A stretch of 32,000 nt of DNA from Candidatus Saccharimonadota bacterium (GTDB taxonomy: Bacteria; Patescibacteriota; Saccharimonadia; Saccharimonadales; Saccharimonadaceae), in contig CP011211.1 in the NCBI GenBank assembly GCA_001029695.1, forward strand, positions 360,001-392,000, in the 5' to 3' direction. The translations under genes and the position numbers were made by a program. Position 1 is the first letter of the stretch; each line of letters begins with the position of its first letter. The notes beneath the pieces were generated by a model. It worked only from the letters and a program-made list of their open reading frames with translations. It was not told the origin of the DNA and did not search any database. Positions 1 to 10,311 of the stretch are shown here, piece after piece.

Positions 1-1263
1 CTTCCGCTTACTATAGTAACCGTATATCTTGTATGGAAAAGCGCCAAGGGCGCAGCACGCCGCGGACCACTTCGACACCAACGAAAACTGTTACAGTCAA
101 AACTCAACGGCACCGTTGCAGACATTATTGGCAATCAACAAATCGTTCGCTACTTCGCGACAACTGATAGCGAAATCTCTCGAGTCATCTCTGCACGCAG
201 TAAGATCGAGTCTATAGCAAACTCAGAAATAGATATCATGCAGCGAGAGTCGATACTCCGACAAGCTGTGTTGTTCGGATTTCAAATTGCAACTCTTGCC
301 GCCTGCGTCTGGCTCTATACCCACGACATGGTGTCAATTGCAGCATTAGTATTTGCCGTTACATACCTTGGTCGACTTACAGGATCATTGTTCGAAATAT
401 CTCCCCTCATACGAAACACTGAGCAGGCATTTCTGAACGCCTCAGGCATTACCGATATTCTTGATGAAACACCCGAAGTGAAGGATACTCACACTGCAAG
501 ACCACTCCGAGTAACGGATGGATCAGTAGGGTTCTCAACTGTTGATTTTCGCTATAAAGATAGCTCAGGAGGTAATGTTATCCAAGGATTGTCACTCTCA
601 ATTGCTGGAGGTGAAAGAATCGGCCTTGCAGGATTAAGCGGCGGCGGCAAAACAACACTAACAAAACTACTCCTACGCTTCGCTGATAGCAATAAAGGCA
701 CCATAACTATTGACGGTCAAGATATCACAAAAGTATCACAGCATAGCTTACGTGAGAATATCGCCTATGTCCCCCAAGAGCCATATCTATTTCACAGAAG
801 CTTACGTGAGAATATCGCCTATGGTCGACAGGACGCAACAGATCAAGAAATTTATACTGCGATAGATCAAGCAAACGCACGAGATTTCGTCGACACATTG
901 CCCGATGGTCTTAATACGGTTGTCGGTGAACGCGGCGTTAAGCTTTCCGGCGGGCAACGTCAGCGCATCGCAATTGCTCGTGCCATCCTAAAAGATGCAC
1001 CAATCCTCATACTAGACGAAGCCACCAGCGCTCTTGACAGCGAAAGCGAGAAGCTCATCCAGGATGCGCTTGAGACCCTGATGAGCAACAAGACCTCAAT
1101 CGTTGTCGCTCACCGTCTTTCGACCATTGCGAGACTTGATCGTATCATTGTACTTGAAAACGGAAAAATTATCGAAGATGGCTCACACGGCAAATTACTC
1201 AAGGAACAAGGGGTGTATGCAAAACTATGGAGCCATCAAAGTGGCGGATTCATTGAAGAATAG
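1..1263 (+). CDS. ABC exporter, fused permease/ATP-binding protein (MsbA/MdlB-like); 5' end lies outside the window
   Basis: Frame 1 is open from nt 1 (LPLTIVTVYLVWKS...DIIGNQQIVRYF...), so the ATG at 238 is internal. The C-terminal NBD has Walker A GLSGGGKTT, Q-loop VPQEP, signature LSGGQRQR, Walker B ILILDEATSALD and H-loop VAHRLST. Confidence 0.9.
   Translation, partial: LPLTIVTVYLVWKSAKGAARRGPLRHQRKLLQSKLNGTVADIIGNQQIVRYFATTDSEISRVISARSKIESIANSEIDIMQRESILRQAVLFGFQIATLAACVWLYTHDMVSIAALVFAVTYLGRLTGSLFEISPLIRNTEQAFLNASGITDILDETPEVKDTHTARPLRVTDGSVGFSTVDFRYKDSSGGNVIQGLSLSIAGGERIGLAGLSGGGKTTLTKLLLRFADSNKGTITIDGQDITKVSQHSLRENIAYVPQEPYLFHRSLRENIAYGRQDATDQEIYTAIDQANARDFVDTLPDGLNTVVGERGVKLSGGQRQRIAIARAILKDAPILILDEATSALDSESEKLIQDALETLMSNKTSIVVAHRLSTIARLDRIIVLENGKIIEDGSHGKLLKEQGVYAKLWSHQSGGFIEE
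745..823 (+). repeat. 25-nt exact in-frame direct repeat inside the ABC NBD (745-769 and 799-823)
   Basis: agcttacgtgagaatatcgcctatg occurs twice, 54 nt apart. Both copies encode SLRENIAY (HSLRENIAYVPQ... and RSLRENIAYGRQ). Confidence 0.9.
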
Positions 1264-1278
1264 ATCGTCGCATCTCGC

Positions 1279-1692
1279 CTAGGATGCTTCGTCAGCCTCA
1301 ATCGTCATACCTTCCTCGTAAGACCTACGCTGTGCATTTTGGTCAACCTTGAGGACGCGTGCAGATACCGTACCTCCTGGAGAGTTCCATGTGACATTCG
1401 ACCCCTCCAGCGACCCATGGAGTCTTTGCCCTAACGGACTAGTTGGCGTCACCAGCACAACCTCACTATCGAATGGATCGATCCCATCGACATGTGACGT
1501 GACAAGATCGTATTGTAATTCTTCACTGTCCTCGAGAAGGGTTACTCGCGAGCCAAATGTCGCGTGAGGGTTATCGTCGTGAGGATACTCAATCCTACGA
1601 ATACCGTTCAGCGCAGCCTCACCGAGTCGCTGTTTTATATGCTCCCACTCATGCGGCAATAGCTCATTCGTTGACGAAAACTTCTCAATCAT
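1279..1692 (-). CDS. GreA/GreB C-terminal-domain protein (Rnk-like, lacks the long coiled-coil)
   Basis: 137 aa. The segment FGSRVTLLEDSEELQYDLV...PTSPLGQRLHGSLEGSNVTWNSPGGTVSARVLKV matches the GreA/B C-terminal domain pattern. A strong SD (GGGAGGTG) lies just upstream of the ATG. Confidence 0.6.
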   Translation of the reverse strand: MIEKFSSTNELLPHEWEHIKQRLGEAALNGIRRIEYPHDDNPHATFGSRVTLLEDSEELQYDLVTSHVDGIDPFDSEVVLVTPTSPLGQRLHGSLEGSNVTWNSPGGTVSARVLKVDQNAQRRSYEEGMTIEADEAS

Positions 1693-1890
1693 GTCACCTC
1701 CCTCTTTTGCACTAGTTACTATACTCAGTATAATACTCTCTCACCGTATTCACCATAAGACTTAAGCTTGTATTTAATATTTTTTGTTTTATAGTCTAGA
1801 GTAAGCGTAAATCTTCGACACCCGTCGCAAGAGTCCACTTCTTCACTGAAACGGTCGCTCGCCCTTTACTAGTTGAGAAGGTGTGTTCTC

Positions 1891-2418
1891 ATGGCAATTC
1901 GCAATGCAGATGCATTCGAGCTAGCCTGCAATGTCAAAAAAGCAAAGGCTGAGCGTCGCTATCAACAAGTCAAGCGAGCAGTAATGAAATATCTCGCTCA
2001 ACACAATGCTCTGACTGCTAAGGACAAAGCACAGGCAGCATGGATACTCAGAACAGGAGGAGTCCTTGGCTGTAAAGATCGGAGGAAACAGCAAACTGAC
2101 GCATATAACAGTGAGCTTATCGCACACCTAGATAGAATGATCCAAGAAGGTGTCATTCAGTGCGACAACGAGCATAACGACACCCGTATCATACTTCTTG
2201 TTGACTACGCTGGAGATACAGCTCAATCACTCAAGAAGAGGGAGCCTGCCACAATACCCTATAGAATTGTCCGACGCTACGCACGAGAAGTCTATCCGCC
2301 AAATCTACTCGCTGTACCCGCCAGGCCCGAGAGCGACACATGTGACTACTACGACACAATATTCAGTCACGCTACAGCGCGCAGCGAAAGAGCGCGAAAG
2401 GAGCTACTACATTACTAG
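1891..2418 (+). CDS. hypothetical protein (175 aa from ATG 1891)
   Basis: The ORF in the track starts at TTG 1873. ATG 1891 is preceded by GAGAAGG at SD distance. A possible promoter TTGTAT-16-TATAGT lies about 95 nt upstream. I recognise no motif. Confidence 0.5.
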   Translation: MAIRNADAFELACNVKKAKAERRYQQVKRAVMKYLAQHNALTAKDKAQAAWILRTGGVLGCKDRRKQQTDAYNSELIAHLDRMIQEGVIQCDNEHNDTRIILLVDYAGDTAQSLKKREPATIPYRIVRRYAREVYPPNLLAVPARPESDTCDYYDTIFSHATARSERARKELLHY

Positions 2419-2433
2419 ACACCCTCTCAGACT

Positions 2434-2483
2434 AAGACCAGAGCAAGTACAGGAGTCACCTCCTGGAACGCTCTGGTCTTCTT
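2434..2483. terminator. hairpin terminator between convergent genes
   Basis: aagaccagagc (2434-2444) pairs with gctctggtctt (2470-2480), an 11-bp stem. It encloses an inner caggag/ctcctg hairpin and has T-rich sequence after it. Confidence 0.55.
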
Positions 2484-2491
2484 AAATTAGC

Positions 2492-5260
2492 TTACTTATG
2501 CTGAGTCCGACGATAAATCCTAGATGGCGCATATTCGACATCTACACCTCGAGGAGACAGGCGCGAACCATCCCAGCTTTCATCCTTAGCCTTACGTATT
2601 GAATTTGCAGTTTGAATATCTCGGATGTTATTTCTCCGGTGAGCCCTATTCGGCGATAGAGCCCTATCAAATGCATCCTCAATCGTATGGAGTCGCGAAC
2701 CGTTGTCAATCTTTACGCGTATTTCTCGATCACCTAGTTCCGGAAATGAATTTGGAAGGTAGTTAAGCTGCTGCTTAGTTACCCTGATATGCACTTGGTT
2801 TTTATTGTACTCTACTGGAACACTGACTGGCCGACTACTCTCATCTAAGAACGTAATGTAGTCAGGTGCAGTACTTTCAACTTCCTGCAAAATTACGTCA
2901 TTAAGTTCACCTTCAAGAATCATAGGATCAAGATATGGATCTAGGTCATCTAGCGTCAAAACCGTCTCTGGAACTAGCTCAGCTAGTTTATTGCGCGCAG
3001 CCTGAATCTTCTCGTGTACCGCAAGATTATAATGCGTCTTATGCTGCATGTAATGAAGATCTAGTATTTTCTGATGAAACCTCGAAAGTGTCGGTGAAAG
3101 ATTCTTCTTGTTTTTAAGAGCCTTAGAGAACACTACATCGACCATATAATCACGAAGTTGAGCGCCTGGCTCAACAGATACTCTATTTTTGTCATCAATA
3201 TACTGTCCGTCGAAATAGAGCGCATTCTTGGCTGTTATATTACCCCAAGTATCCATGCAATAGCCATTTATACTATAGGTGCAACGATGCGGTGCATATT
3301 TTTCTAGCTGTTCTCGCGTAACAGCAGTAGGAGAACTAACATAGCGACGCATAGTCAAGACTTCACCTTTGTACGTCTGAAGATTCCACGGAATACCCAC
3401 GAGTATGGGTGAGGTTCCAACCGTAGTAGCGCTCTGGAGATACCTACGGTCTCCACGGATATCACGGTAAGTGCCCTCGCCCGATCGAACGAAAACTTCA
3501 TCCACTCCTGATAAAATACAGGCAATGATCGCTTCATTCTCAGCATCAGTCTGCGGCATTCGCAAACTGTCAGGATCTATGCCTTGCTTTTTACAATTGC
3601 TCTCGTATAAATCTCTCGCACGTTTTAAGCTTGGCTCAATAATACCTTTTTGTTGAAGCTCCTGATTAGTTCTATCAGACTGCAGTGCCCACTTAAACAG
3701 CCTCATACCGAACATTAAATCGGAGCGGCTATCATTTGGAATCACCGTCCTCCACCCAGAGCCGTCCTGTTCTGTACTCATGATTCCTTGGGCCTGCTCA
3801 ACCGATGCAATTGCGATCATCTGCGCCTTGAGTGAGGGGAATTCCTCTTCGTACCGCGCAGACTCTACTATCATTCGAGCATAGTTAGGGTCAACAGAAT
3901 ATTGCTCAACCTCTCGCCCTATCTCAGTCAATTTATCATCCTCGTCATACACACCGATCCTTCTTAGGCGTATCATCGTGCGAGTCACTTCCTGAGATTC
4001 AGGATAATCGGAGAGGGGTAGCGTATCAAATGTTTCACCGATCACTGAAAGCTGTAGCTGACCAGAATCAAGCCTTGAACGAAGAATACCGGGAGTGTCA
4101 TACAGAGGAATTTGATCAAGTGGAGGTAACTTCGGATAGCCTTCCATCTTAGAGCCAAAAACAACCGTTCCATTACGCGTACGTGCCGTGCGCCCTTCAC
4201 GCTGACGATTTGTCGACTGAGGAGCTACTCGTTCAGTTAGGGTTTGAACTCCGTCTATAAGCATCATCGCGCGCTCATACCCAGGGTTAATCACAACATC
4301 TACGTCAAAAGTAACTCCCATCTCACCCACATTTGTACTGTGAATATGGCGAACTCCGGATGTCGTATCAAACACACGCTGCTGCGCAGCTCTCGACTGT
4401 TGACCATGTAGTAGCATCGCATTTACTTTCGTATCAATCTTTCGAACCGACTGACCCAATGAGCGAGTAATATTCTTACGACCCGGTAAAAAGATTACCG
4501 TATCTTCCTTTTTATGTTTCACGATATCAGCGATAAGCCCCTCTTTGTCCGGCTCTACATATGTAGTTTCAAATCTTGGTACATCGATCGATAAGATAGG
4601 TGCTGGCTCACCATGCACATTGCTGTACGTTTCTGCCATTTTTTCAGCATTCATTGTTGCGCTTGATATAACTAACTTCAGTCCTCTTTTCGCACACAAA
4701 CCAATTAGTATGTCGGCTTCAATCTCCCTCAGATGCACTTCATCTGGATTGAAGATAAAGCTATTAATCTCTTTACCTCCATGAATAACCATCTTTAAAG
4801 CAGCTCCGTACGTCGCCATCAGTATCTCATTCTCAGGATCCACTTCCGAATCAGTTGAGGTTGTATAGCCGACACGCTTATCGGCATACCCTTTCTGGTG
4901 CATCGCGTAGTCCATTTCTTGCCGGACACGATAGCATGCATTTCTAGCGAGTATTATACGAGGCTGCGGCTGAATAACCTTACTACCCAGCTCACTCTCC
5001 ATAAGAGCCTGTGCTCCAAGCGTCGTTTTACCAGATCCGGTATTACCGCTTAGGATTACGACCGGGTTGTCAGAAACCATATCGATAAATTCATCTCGCC
5101 TACTAGCCATAGAGACAGCTCGATTACCAAATCGGTAGTTTGTCGATGCGGGAACGATAATATCGACTCCATTATAGTTCACAATCTGATCAGGCCATGG
5201 TTTAGACCCATCAAAATTACTTAAATCATCTCCCGGTTGTACCCACGATTCTACTGACAC
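2492..5260 (-). CDS. DEAH/RHA-family helicase (HrpA/HrpB-like), 922 aa
   Basis: Motif I GNTGSGKTT, motif II DEVH, motif III SAT, motif V TNVGEMGVTFDV and motif VI QREGRTARTRNG are present. A long helical/OB-like C-terminal region is typical of DEAH/RHA proteins. The start is GTG with a weak SD. Confidence 0.85.
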   Translation of the reverse strand: MSVESWVQPGDDLSNFDGSKPWPDQIVNYNGVDIIVPASTNYRFGNRAVSMASRRDEFIDMVSDNPVVILSGNTGSGKTTLGAQALMESELGSKVIQPQPRIILARNACYRVRQEMDYAMHQKGYADKRVGYTTSTDSEVDPENEILMATYGAALKMVIHGGKEINSFIFNPDEVHLREIEADILIGLCAKRGLKLVISSATMNAEKMAETYSNVHGEPAPILSIDVPRFETTYVEPDKEGLIADIVKHKKEDTVIFLPGRKNITRSLGQSVRKIDTKVNAMLLHGQQSRAAQQRVFDTTSGVRHIHSTNVGEMGVTFDVDVVINPGYERAMMLIDGVQTLTERVAPQSTNRQREGRTARTRNGTVVFGSKMEGYPKLPPLDQIPLYDTPGILRSRLDSGQLQLSVIGETFDTLPLSDYPESQEVTRTMIRLRRIGVYDEDDKLTEIGREVEQYSVDPNYARMIVESARYEEEFPSLKAQMIAIASVEQAQGIMSTEQDGSGWRTVIPNDSRSDLMFGMRLFKWALQSDRTNQELQQKGIIEPSLKRARDLYESNCKKQGIDPDSLRMPQTDAENEAIIACILSGVDEVFVRSGEGTYRDIRGDRRYLQSATTVGTSPILVGIPWNLQTYKGEVLTMRRYVSSPTAVTREQLEKYAPHRCTYSINGYCMDTWGNITAKNALYFDGQYIDDKNRVSVEPGAQLRDYMVDVVFSKALKNKKNLSPTLSRFHQKILDLHYMQHKTHYNLAVHEKIQAARNKLAELVPETVLTLDDLDPYLDPMILEGELNDVILQEVESTAPDYITFLDESSRPVSVPVEYNKNQVHIRVTKQQLNYLPNSFPELGDREIRVKIDNGSRLHTIEDAFDRALSPNRAHRRNNIRDIQTANSIRKAKDESWDGSRLSPRGVDVEYAPSRIYRRTQHK

Positions 5261-5383
5261 TATCTGCTTATCCCGTCTCTTAGATTACCCGTACGTTCAC
5301 ATCTTAGCCACCATGCGTTACTGTCAATATACATCATATGTTCACTTTTTGCTACTCATGATTTTAAGCGATTTTTTACTAAC

Positions 5384-5411
5384 AAAAACACCGCAGAGAT
5401 GCGGTGTTTTT
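5384..5411 (-). terminator. intrinsic terminator after rplY (palindromic A-run/T-run, potentially bidirectional)
   Basis: aaaaacaccgca / gaga loop / tgcggtgttttt forms a perfect 12-bp stem. It lies 20 nt downstream of the bL25 stop. Confidence 0.8.
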
Positions 5412-5430
5412 GTTAGTAAAAGTAGTATAC

Positions 5431-6162
5431 TTATTTATTTGCGTCGACGTTCGACTGCTTTGGTTCATCCTGAGATTTACCACCTGGTTTTTTCTCTTCA
5501 GCCTGAGTATCTTGCGGTGTATCACTACCATTGTCGGCAGATACATCACTTGCATCCTCTGCATCACCACCAGCTGCGTCGTTTGCCGCCTGGAGAGCAC
5601 CCGGCTCATACACATTCGCGACTACAAGTGTCGTGTCTTGTTCGAGTTCCGCAAACTCAACTCCTTCAGGAAGGGTGATGTCTGCAAGTGTCAGCTTATC
5701 TTCATCGGTCTTAAGATCGATGATAGATAGCTCGAGTGCTTCAGGAAGATTACCCGGCTTCGCCTTGATCTCAATGTGCTCAATCGCTTGTAGTACAACA
5801 AGTCCGGCTTTCTCCGCTTCACTTTCACCAGCTCCTACAAGTGTAATAGGAACCTGTGTCGTTACTACTTCATTTTGCTTAATCGTATGAAATGCAATAT
5901 GACGGATATGATGCTTCACCGGGTCAATATCGATACTCTTTATGATCGCAAGCTTCTTTTTGCCATCAATCGTAATATCAATTGGTGAATGTTTACCAGC
6001 AGATCGTACAACCTTCGTCGTCTCAACAATCGGTGACTGGGTAGAAATAGGGTCAATGTGACCTCCATAAACAACACTCGGCACAAACCCTTCAGTGCGC
6101 AACTTTGCAACATGCTTGCCGCTGGCCGTTCGGTTTTCTAGACTCAATGTATTAGTACTCAT
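5431..6162 (-). CDS. rplY: 50S ribosomal protein bL25 / general stress protein Ctc form
   Basis: RTASGKHVAKLRTEGFVPSVVYGG marks the N-terminal bL25 domain, followed by a Ctc-type second domain and an acidic/K-rich tail. AAGGAG lies 5 nt before ATG 6162, whereas the track start GTG 6168 overlaps the SD. Confidence 0.9.
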   Translation of the reverse strand: MSTNTLSLENRTASGKHVAKLRTEGFVPSVVYGGHIDPISTQSPIVETTKVVRSAGKHSPIDITIDGKKKLAIIKSIDIDPVKHHIRHIAFHTIKQNEVVTTQVPITLVGAGESEAEKAGLVVLQAIEHIEIKAKPGNLPEALELSIIDLKTDEDKLTLADITLPEGVEFAELEQDTTLVVANVYEPGALQAANDAAGGDAEDASDVSADNGSDTPQDTQAEEKKPGGKSQDEPKQSNVDANK

Positions 6163-6266
6163 CGTCACTCCTTTTCGTATGTCGTTCGGTTTGTCTATAC
6201 CTTTCCATTATAACAGCTGTGGTTTTTTGGAGGTGTGAGATATCTAACATGCTAAACTAGTAGTAT

Positions 6267-6980
6267 ATGTTTGAATCACTTCTCCCTCTTGCAAATTTCG
6301 GTGCCATCCCAGGACTCGATTTAATCGACATCATCTCTACAGCAGGCTGGCTTGCAGTCATAGGTGTGGTCTTTGCAGAATCAGGACTGCTCATTGGATT
6401 TTTCCTACCAGGAGATAGCCTTCTCTTCACCGCCGGGTTCCTCGTGCATGCAGGCGTGTTCAATATAAACATTCACTTGTTTGTCTTCCTTCTTTTCCTT
6501 GCCGCCGTCATTGGTGACAACGTCGGATACACCTTTGGTCGACGAGTTGGTCGCAAGCTATTCACTAAGCCTAATTCACGACTGTTCAAACAAGAAAATG
6601 TGATTGCCGCCGAAAAGTTTTATGAAAAACATGGCGGAAAAACAGTCATCATCGCTCGCTTCGTCCCTTTTGTCCGCACGTTCGCGCCAGTAGTCGCAGG
6701 CGTTAGCAAGATGGACTACCGCAAGTTCCTTCTCTACAACATCGTTGGTGGTTTTCTCTGGGCTGCGGGCGTTACTTATCTTGGCTACTACCTCGGTGCA
6801 CTGTTCGAGAAGCTAGGACTCGATATCGACCATGTCCTTCTACCTATTGTTGCACTTATCTTGCTTGTTTCTATTCTTCCTCCGGTCATCCATGTCCTAA
6901 AGGACAAGAAGCAGCGAGACATGATACTTGCTGCCTCGAAGAAACAATTCGACACACTTTTCCGTCGTAACAAAAAATAA
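6267..6980 (+). CDS. DedA-family (SNARE-associated/VTT domain) membrane protein
   Basis: GLLIGFFLPGDSLLFTAGFL and IARFVPFVRTFAPVVAGVSKMDYRKFLLYNIVGGFLW are typical DedA motifs. The protein has multiple TM segments. Confidence 0.85.
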   Translation: MFESLLPLANFGAIPGLDLIDIISTAGWLAVIGVVFAESGLLIGFFLPGDSLLFTAGFLVHAGVFNINIHLFVFLLFLAAVIGDNVGYTFGRRVGRKLFTKPNSRLFKQENVIAAEKFYEKHGGKTVIIARFVPFVRTFAPVVAGVSKMDYRKFLLYNIVGGFLWAAGVTYLGYYLGALFEKLGLDIDHVLLPIVALILLVSILPPVIHVLKDKKQRDMILAASKKQFDTLFRRNKK

Positions 6981-7022
6981 CCTTGCGATTTCACTCACAA
7001 GATTATTTTCATTGAGTACGCA

Positions 7023-9839
7023 CTACTTTAGTAGCGGTGCTAAATACTTTCCTGTAAAAGATCCCTTCACGTTAGACACCTGCTCAGGAGTACCTGCAGC
7101 AACTACCATACCCCCGCCAAGTCCACCTTCTGGGCCCATATCAATCACATGATCTGCTGTCTTAATAACGTCTAGGTTATGTTCAATAATCACCATACTG
7201 TTGCCACCCTCAACAAGACGCTGCAGGATCTGAATCAAACGATTCACGTCAGCACTATGCAGTCCTGTCGTTGGCTCATCAAGAATATACATCGTTTTAC
7301 CCGTACTACGACGAGAAAGCTCACTTGCAAGTTTAATACGCTGCGCTTCACCACCACTAAATGTCGTTGCCGGCTGCCCGAGACGAATATACCCAAGGCC
7401 CACCTCGACAAGAGTGTCAAGCTTCCGAGCGATAGTTGGCACATTCTCAAAGAACTTCGCAGATTGCTCTACAGTCATCTCAAGTACGTCGCTGATTGTC
7501 TTCTCTTTGTACTTAATCTCAAGCGCCTCTCGGTTATATCGCTTACCGTTACAGACATCACAAGTAACATACACATCCGGAAGAAAGTGCATTTCGATCT
7601 TAATCACTCCATCGCCCTGACAATTCTCACAGCGACCACCCTTGACATTAAAACTAAATCGTCCCGCCTTATAGCCGCGAATATTTGATTCTGGTGTACC
7701 AGCAAATAGTTCGCGGATTGGCGTAAACACACCAGTATACGTAGCTGGATTGCTTCGTGGAGTTCGTCCGATTGCTGATTGATCAATCACGATCGCTTTA
7801 TCAAGCTGCTCAATTCCTTCGATATTATCATGAGTACCTGGAACCGCCTGCGATCGATGAAGTCTCGCCGATAACTCTTTTGCAAGGATATCGTTAACGA
7901 GCGTAGATTTACCAGACCCAGAGACACCACTCACGACAGTAATAACGCCAAGCGGCACCTCTACGTTAATATTCTTGAGATTATTTTCTCGTGCACCCTT
8001 AACGACGAGCTTGCGATCTTTTTCAATCGTACGACGCTTCTTAGGTACGGCAATCTTTTCAGTTCCTGCAAGGTAACGCCCTGTAACGCTGTCTTTGTTT
8101 TTGGCAACTTCCGCAGGAGTGCCCGCAGCGACTACATTGCCACCTGCAACACCCGCGCCAGGCCCAATATCAAGTAGATAGTCGGCTTCTCGAATGGTAT
8201 CTTCGTCATGTTCAACGACAAGCACAGTATTACCAAGATCACGCAGACGTTTCAACGTCCCTATGAGACGATCGTTGTCTCGCTGGTGTAGTCCAATTGA
8301 CGGCTCATCGAGCACGTACAGCACGCCCTGGAGTCCAGAACCGATCTGTGTCGCGAGACGAATACGCTGCGCTTCACCACCAGACAGTGTATTTGCAGCA
8401 CGGCCTAGCTCAAGATAATTCAGCCCCACGTTACTCATAAACCCAAGGCGAGCATTAATCTCTTTCATGATCTGTGCAGCAATTACCTGCTCCTGGTCAC
8501 TGAGCTTCAAGTTGTTATGGAAAAGATCAAGCGCATCATCAACACCTAAATTACAAATATCCATAATATTTAGCCCATGAACCGTGATTGCAAGCACTAC
8601 TGGCTTTAGTCGAGCGCCCTTACAGGTATAACACTTCCGATCGCGCATAAATCGCTCGATATCTTTTCGCATAAATTCACTATCTGTTTCTTTATGGCGT
8701 CGCTCAAGGTTTGGGATCACACCTTCATATGTCGAGTCGTAACTACGGCCGCTACCAAGATTGATACGATATGTTTGAGCACCAGTACCATACAGCACCT
8801 TTTCAAGATCCTCTTCACTTAACTCGCTCACTGGCACCTGCAAACTAAACTCATGCGCATCAGCAACCGCAGCAAGTCGTCTCATATACCATGCGTCACT
8901 ATTAACGCGATTGTACGGACGGATCGCTCCTTCGCTAATCGTAAGGCTCGCATTGAAGACAAGACTTGGATCAACTTCAAGTCGACTGCCGAGTCCAGTA
9001 CATACGGGGCATGCACCTTGTGGCGCGTTAAAGCTAAACAGACGAGGCTCCAGCTCCGGAATCTCTTCTTCGGGGTGATTCACGCAGGCATAACGCTGAG
9101 AAAAGATACGCGTCGAATCATCGTCAACATCCAGAATCTCGACGATCCCTCCACCAAGATCAAGCGCCTGCTCAACCGACTGGGCAACACGACTATTCAT
9201 ATCACTGCTCATAGCGATACGATCTACAACGATCTCTATATCGTGTTTAAAGTTTTTCTGAAGATCAGGAAACTCATCAAGCGCATACACAACGCCATCA
9301 ACTCGTGCACGAGCAAATCCTAGCCGACGATACTGCTCAGGAATATGCGCGTGTTCGCCTTTTTTACTCTTTACGATCGGCGCAAGAAGCATTAATCGCT
9401 TGCCGTCTTCGTATTTTAGGATTTCATCGATAATATCTTGTGGCGTTCGTCGCTGCACAGGCTCACCATCGATTGGACAGTGCGGCACACCGATTCGCGC
9501 AAAAAGAAGACGAAGGTAGTCATAAATTTCCGTGACCGTCGCTACGGTTGAACGTGGATTTCGACTCGTAGATTTTTGATCAATAGATATAGCAGGGCTG
9601 AGGCCATCGATCTGATCGACATCGGGCTTGTCCATAGTACCGAGGAACTGTCGCGCGTAACTCGACAGACTCTCTACGTATCGTCGCTGCCCCTCAGCAT
9701 AGATGGTATCGAACGCCAAGCTCGACTTACCAGAGCCACTAAGCCCAGTGATCACGACAAGCTTATCACGTGGTATTTCCACGTTAATATTTTTTAGATT
9801 GTGCTCTCTAGCACCAGTAACTCGTATAACCTCCGGCAT
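7023..9839 (-). CDS. uvrA: excinuclease ABC subunit A
   Basis: 938 aa with two ABC modules ([18 protein letters not shown]; signatures [12 protein letters not shown] and [12 protein letters not shown]). Zinc-finger CxxC motifs are present ([20 protein letters not shown]). Confidence 0.97.
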   Translation of the reverse strand: MPEVIRVTGAREHNLKNINVEIPRDKLVVITGLSGSGKSSLAFDTIYAEGQRRYVESLSSYARQFLGTMDKPDVDQIDGLSPAISIDQKSTSRNPRSTVATVTEIYDYLRLLFARIGVPHCPIDGEPVQRRTPQDIIDEILKYEDGKRLMLLAPIVKSKKGEHAHIPEQYRRLGFARARVDGVVYALDEFPDLQKNFKHDIEIVVDRIAMSSDMNSRVAQSVEQALDLGGGIVEILDVDDDSTRIFSQRYACVNHPEEEIPELEPRLFSFNAPQGACPVCTGLGSRLEVDPSLVFNASLTISEGAIRPYNRVNSDAWYMRRLAAVADAHEFSLQVPVSELSEEDLEKVLYGTGAQTYRINLGSGRSYDSTYEGVIPNLERRHKETDSEFMRKDIERFMRDRKCYTCKGARLKPVVLAITVHGLNIMDICNLGVDDALDLFHNNLKLSDQEQVIAAQIMKEINARLGFMSNVGLNYLELGRAANTLSGGEAQRIRLATQIGSGLQGVLYVLDEPSIGLHQRDNDRLIGTLKRLRDLGNTVLVVEHDEDTIREADYLLDIGPGAGVAGGNVVAAGTPAEVAKNKDSVTGRYLAGTEKIAVPKKRRTIEKDRKLVVKGARENNLKNINVEVPLGVITVVSGVSGSGKSTLVNDILAKELSARLHRSQAVPGTHDNIEGIEQLDKAIVIDQSAIGRTPRSNPATYTGVFTPIRELFAGTPESNIRGYKAGRFSFNVKGGRCENCQGDGVIKIEMHFLPDVYVTCDVCNGKRYNREALEIKYKEKTISDVLEMTVEQSAKFFENVPTIARKLDTLVEVGLGYIRLGQPATTFSGGEAQRIKLASELSRRSTGKTMYILDEPTTGLHSADVNRLIQILQRLVEGGNSMVIIEHNLDVIKTADHVIDMGPEGGLGGGMVVAAGTPEQVSNVKGSFTGKYLAPLLK

Positions 9840-9847
9840 AACAACTT

Positions 9848-9856
9848 ATTATACCA
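9848..9856 (-). promoter_or_regulatory. extended -10 element (TGgTATAAT) 8 nt upstream of the uvrA ATG
   Basis: The minus strand reads atcgTGgTATAATaagttgttATG. There is no SD and no good -35. Confidence 0.4.
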
Positions 9857-9947
9857 CGATATCAAACAGTCGCGCCACAGCACGCATCTTTGATACTTCG
9901 TCTTACCAACTTAAAAATACATCATTTTTCATCATGCTTATCGTTGC

Positions 9948-10307
9948 ATGTCAACACCTTCGAGTGCTATATTCATGAGTACATTAACGTCTAACAAATC
10001 AAGGGAGCTCCTACTCGTGAAGCGATTTATCATCCTCGGCGCAGCATTTTTTCTCATCGCTATGATTTTGATCGAGTCTGGTATCGCGAGCGCTCTCATG
10101 ATCTTTCTACTTGTTGGCGCCGTACCCGGCACTTCAATCAATATTTCAGCCAACACCATGCTCGTAATTGTTGGACTCGTGACATGGCTCGTCCTCCTTC
10201 GAGGCGCTGCAATTGGCGCACTCGATCTACTGACGATGAAGCGACTCGTTCGTAAACATACTGCTCGCCTTGAACGTCGACCAAAACGTCGTTATAGTCG
10301 AATATAG
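9948..10307 (+). CDS. hypothetical small membrane protein with basic C-terminal tail
   Basis: Three hydrophobic segments ([41 protein letters not shown]) and an [10 protein letters not shown] tail. The start could instead be ATG 9975. Confidence 0.5.
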   Translation: MSTPSSAIFMSTLTSNKSRELLLVKRFIILGAAFFLIAMILIESGIASALMIFLLVGAVPGTSINISANTMLVIVGLVTWLVLLRGAAIGALDLLTMKRLVRKHTARLERRPKRRYSRI

Positions 10308-10311
10308 AAAC

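Noticed and set aside
238-1263. ATG at 238 as the start of the ABC transporter; separate 62-aa ORF at 29..217
   Set aside because: Frame 1 is open from nt 1 and encodes typical ABC-exporter TMD sequence. The gene is therefore truncated by the window edge. The 62-aa ORF is an out-of-frame overlap.
2492-5260. Interpreting the DEAH helicase as a phage-defence gene
   Set aside because: There is no associated nuclease, methylase or partner gene, and no flanking mobile-element signatures. The architecture fits housekeeping HrpA/HrpB-type helicases.
5313-5890. ORFs overlapping the rplY 3' region and its terminator (121, 108, 119 and 78 aa)
   Set aside because: They overlap bL25 or span the terminator hairpin. 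They have no SD and low-complexity sequence.
7179-9797. Multiple 60-170-aa plus-strand ORFs inside uvrA
   Set aside because: They are embedded antisense in a 938-aa gene with unmistakable UvrA motifs, and their sequences are low-complexity and implausible.
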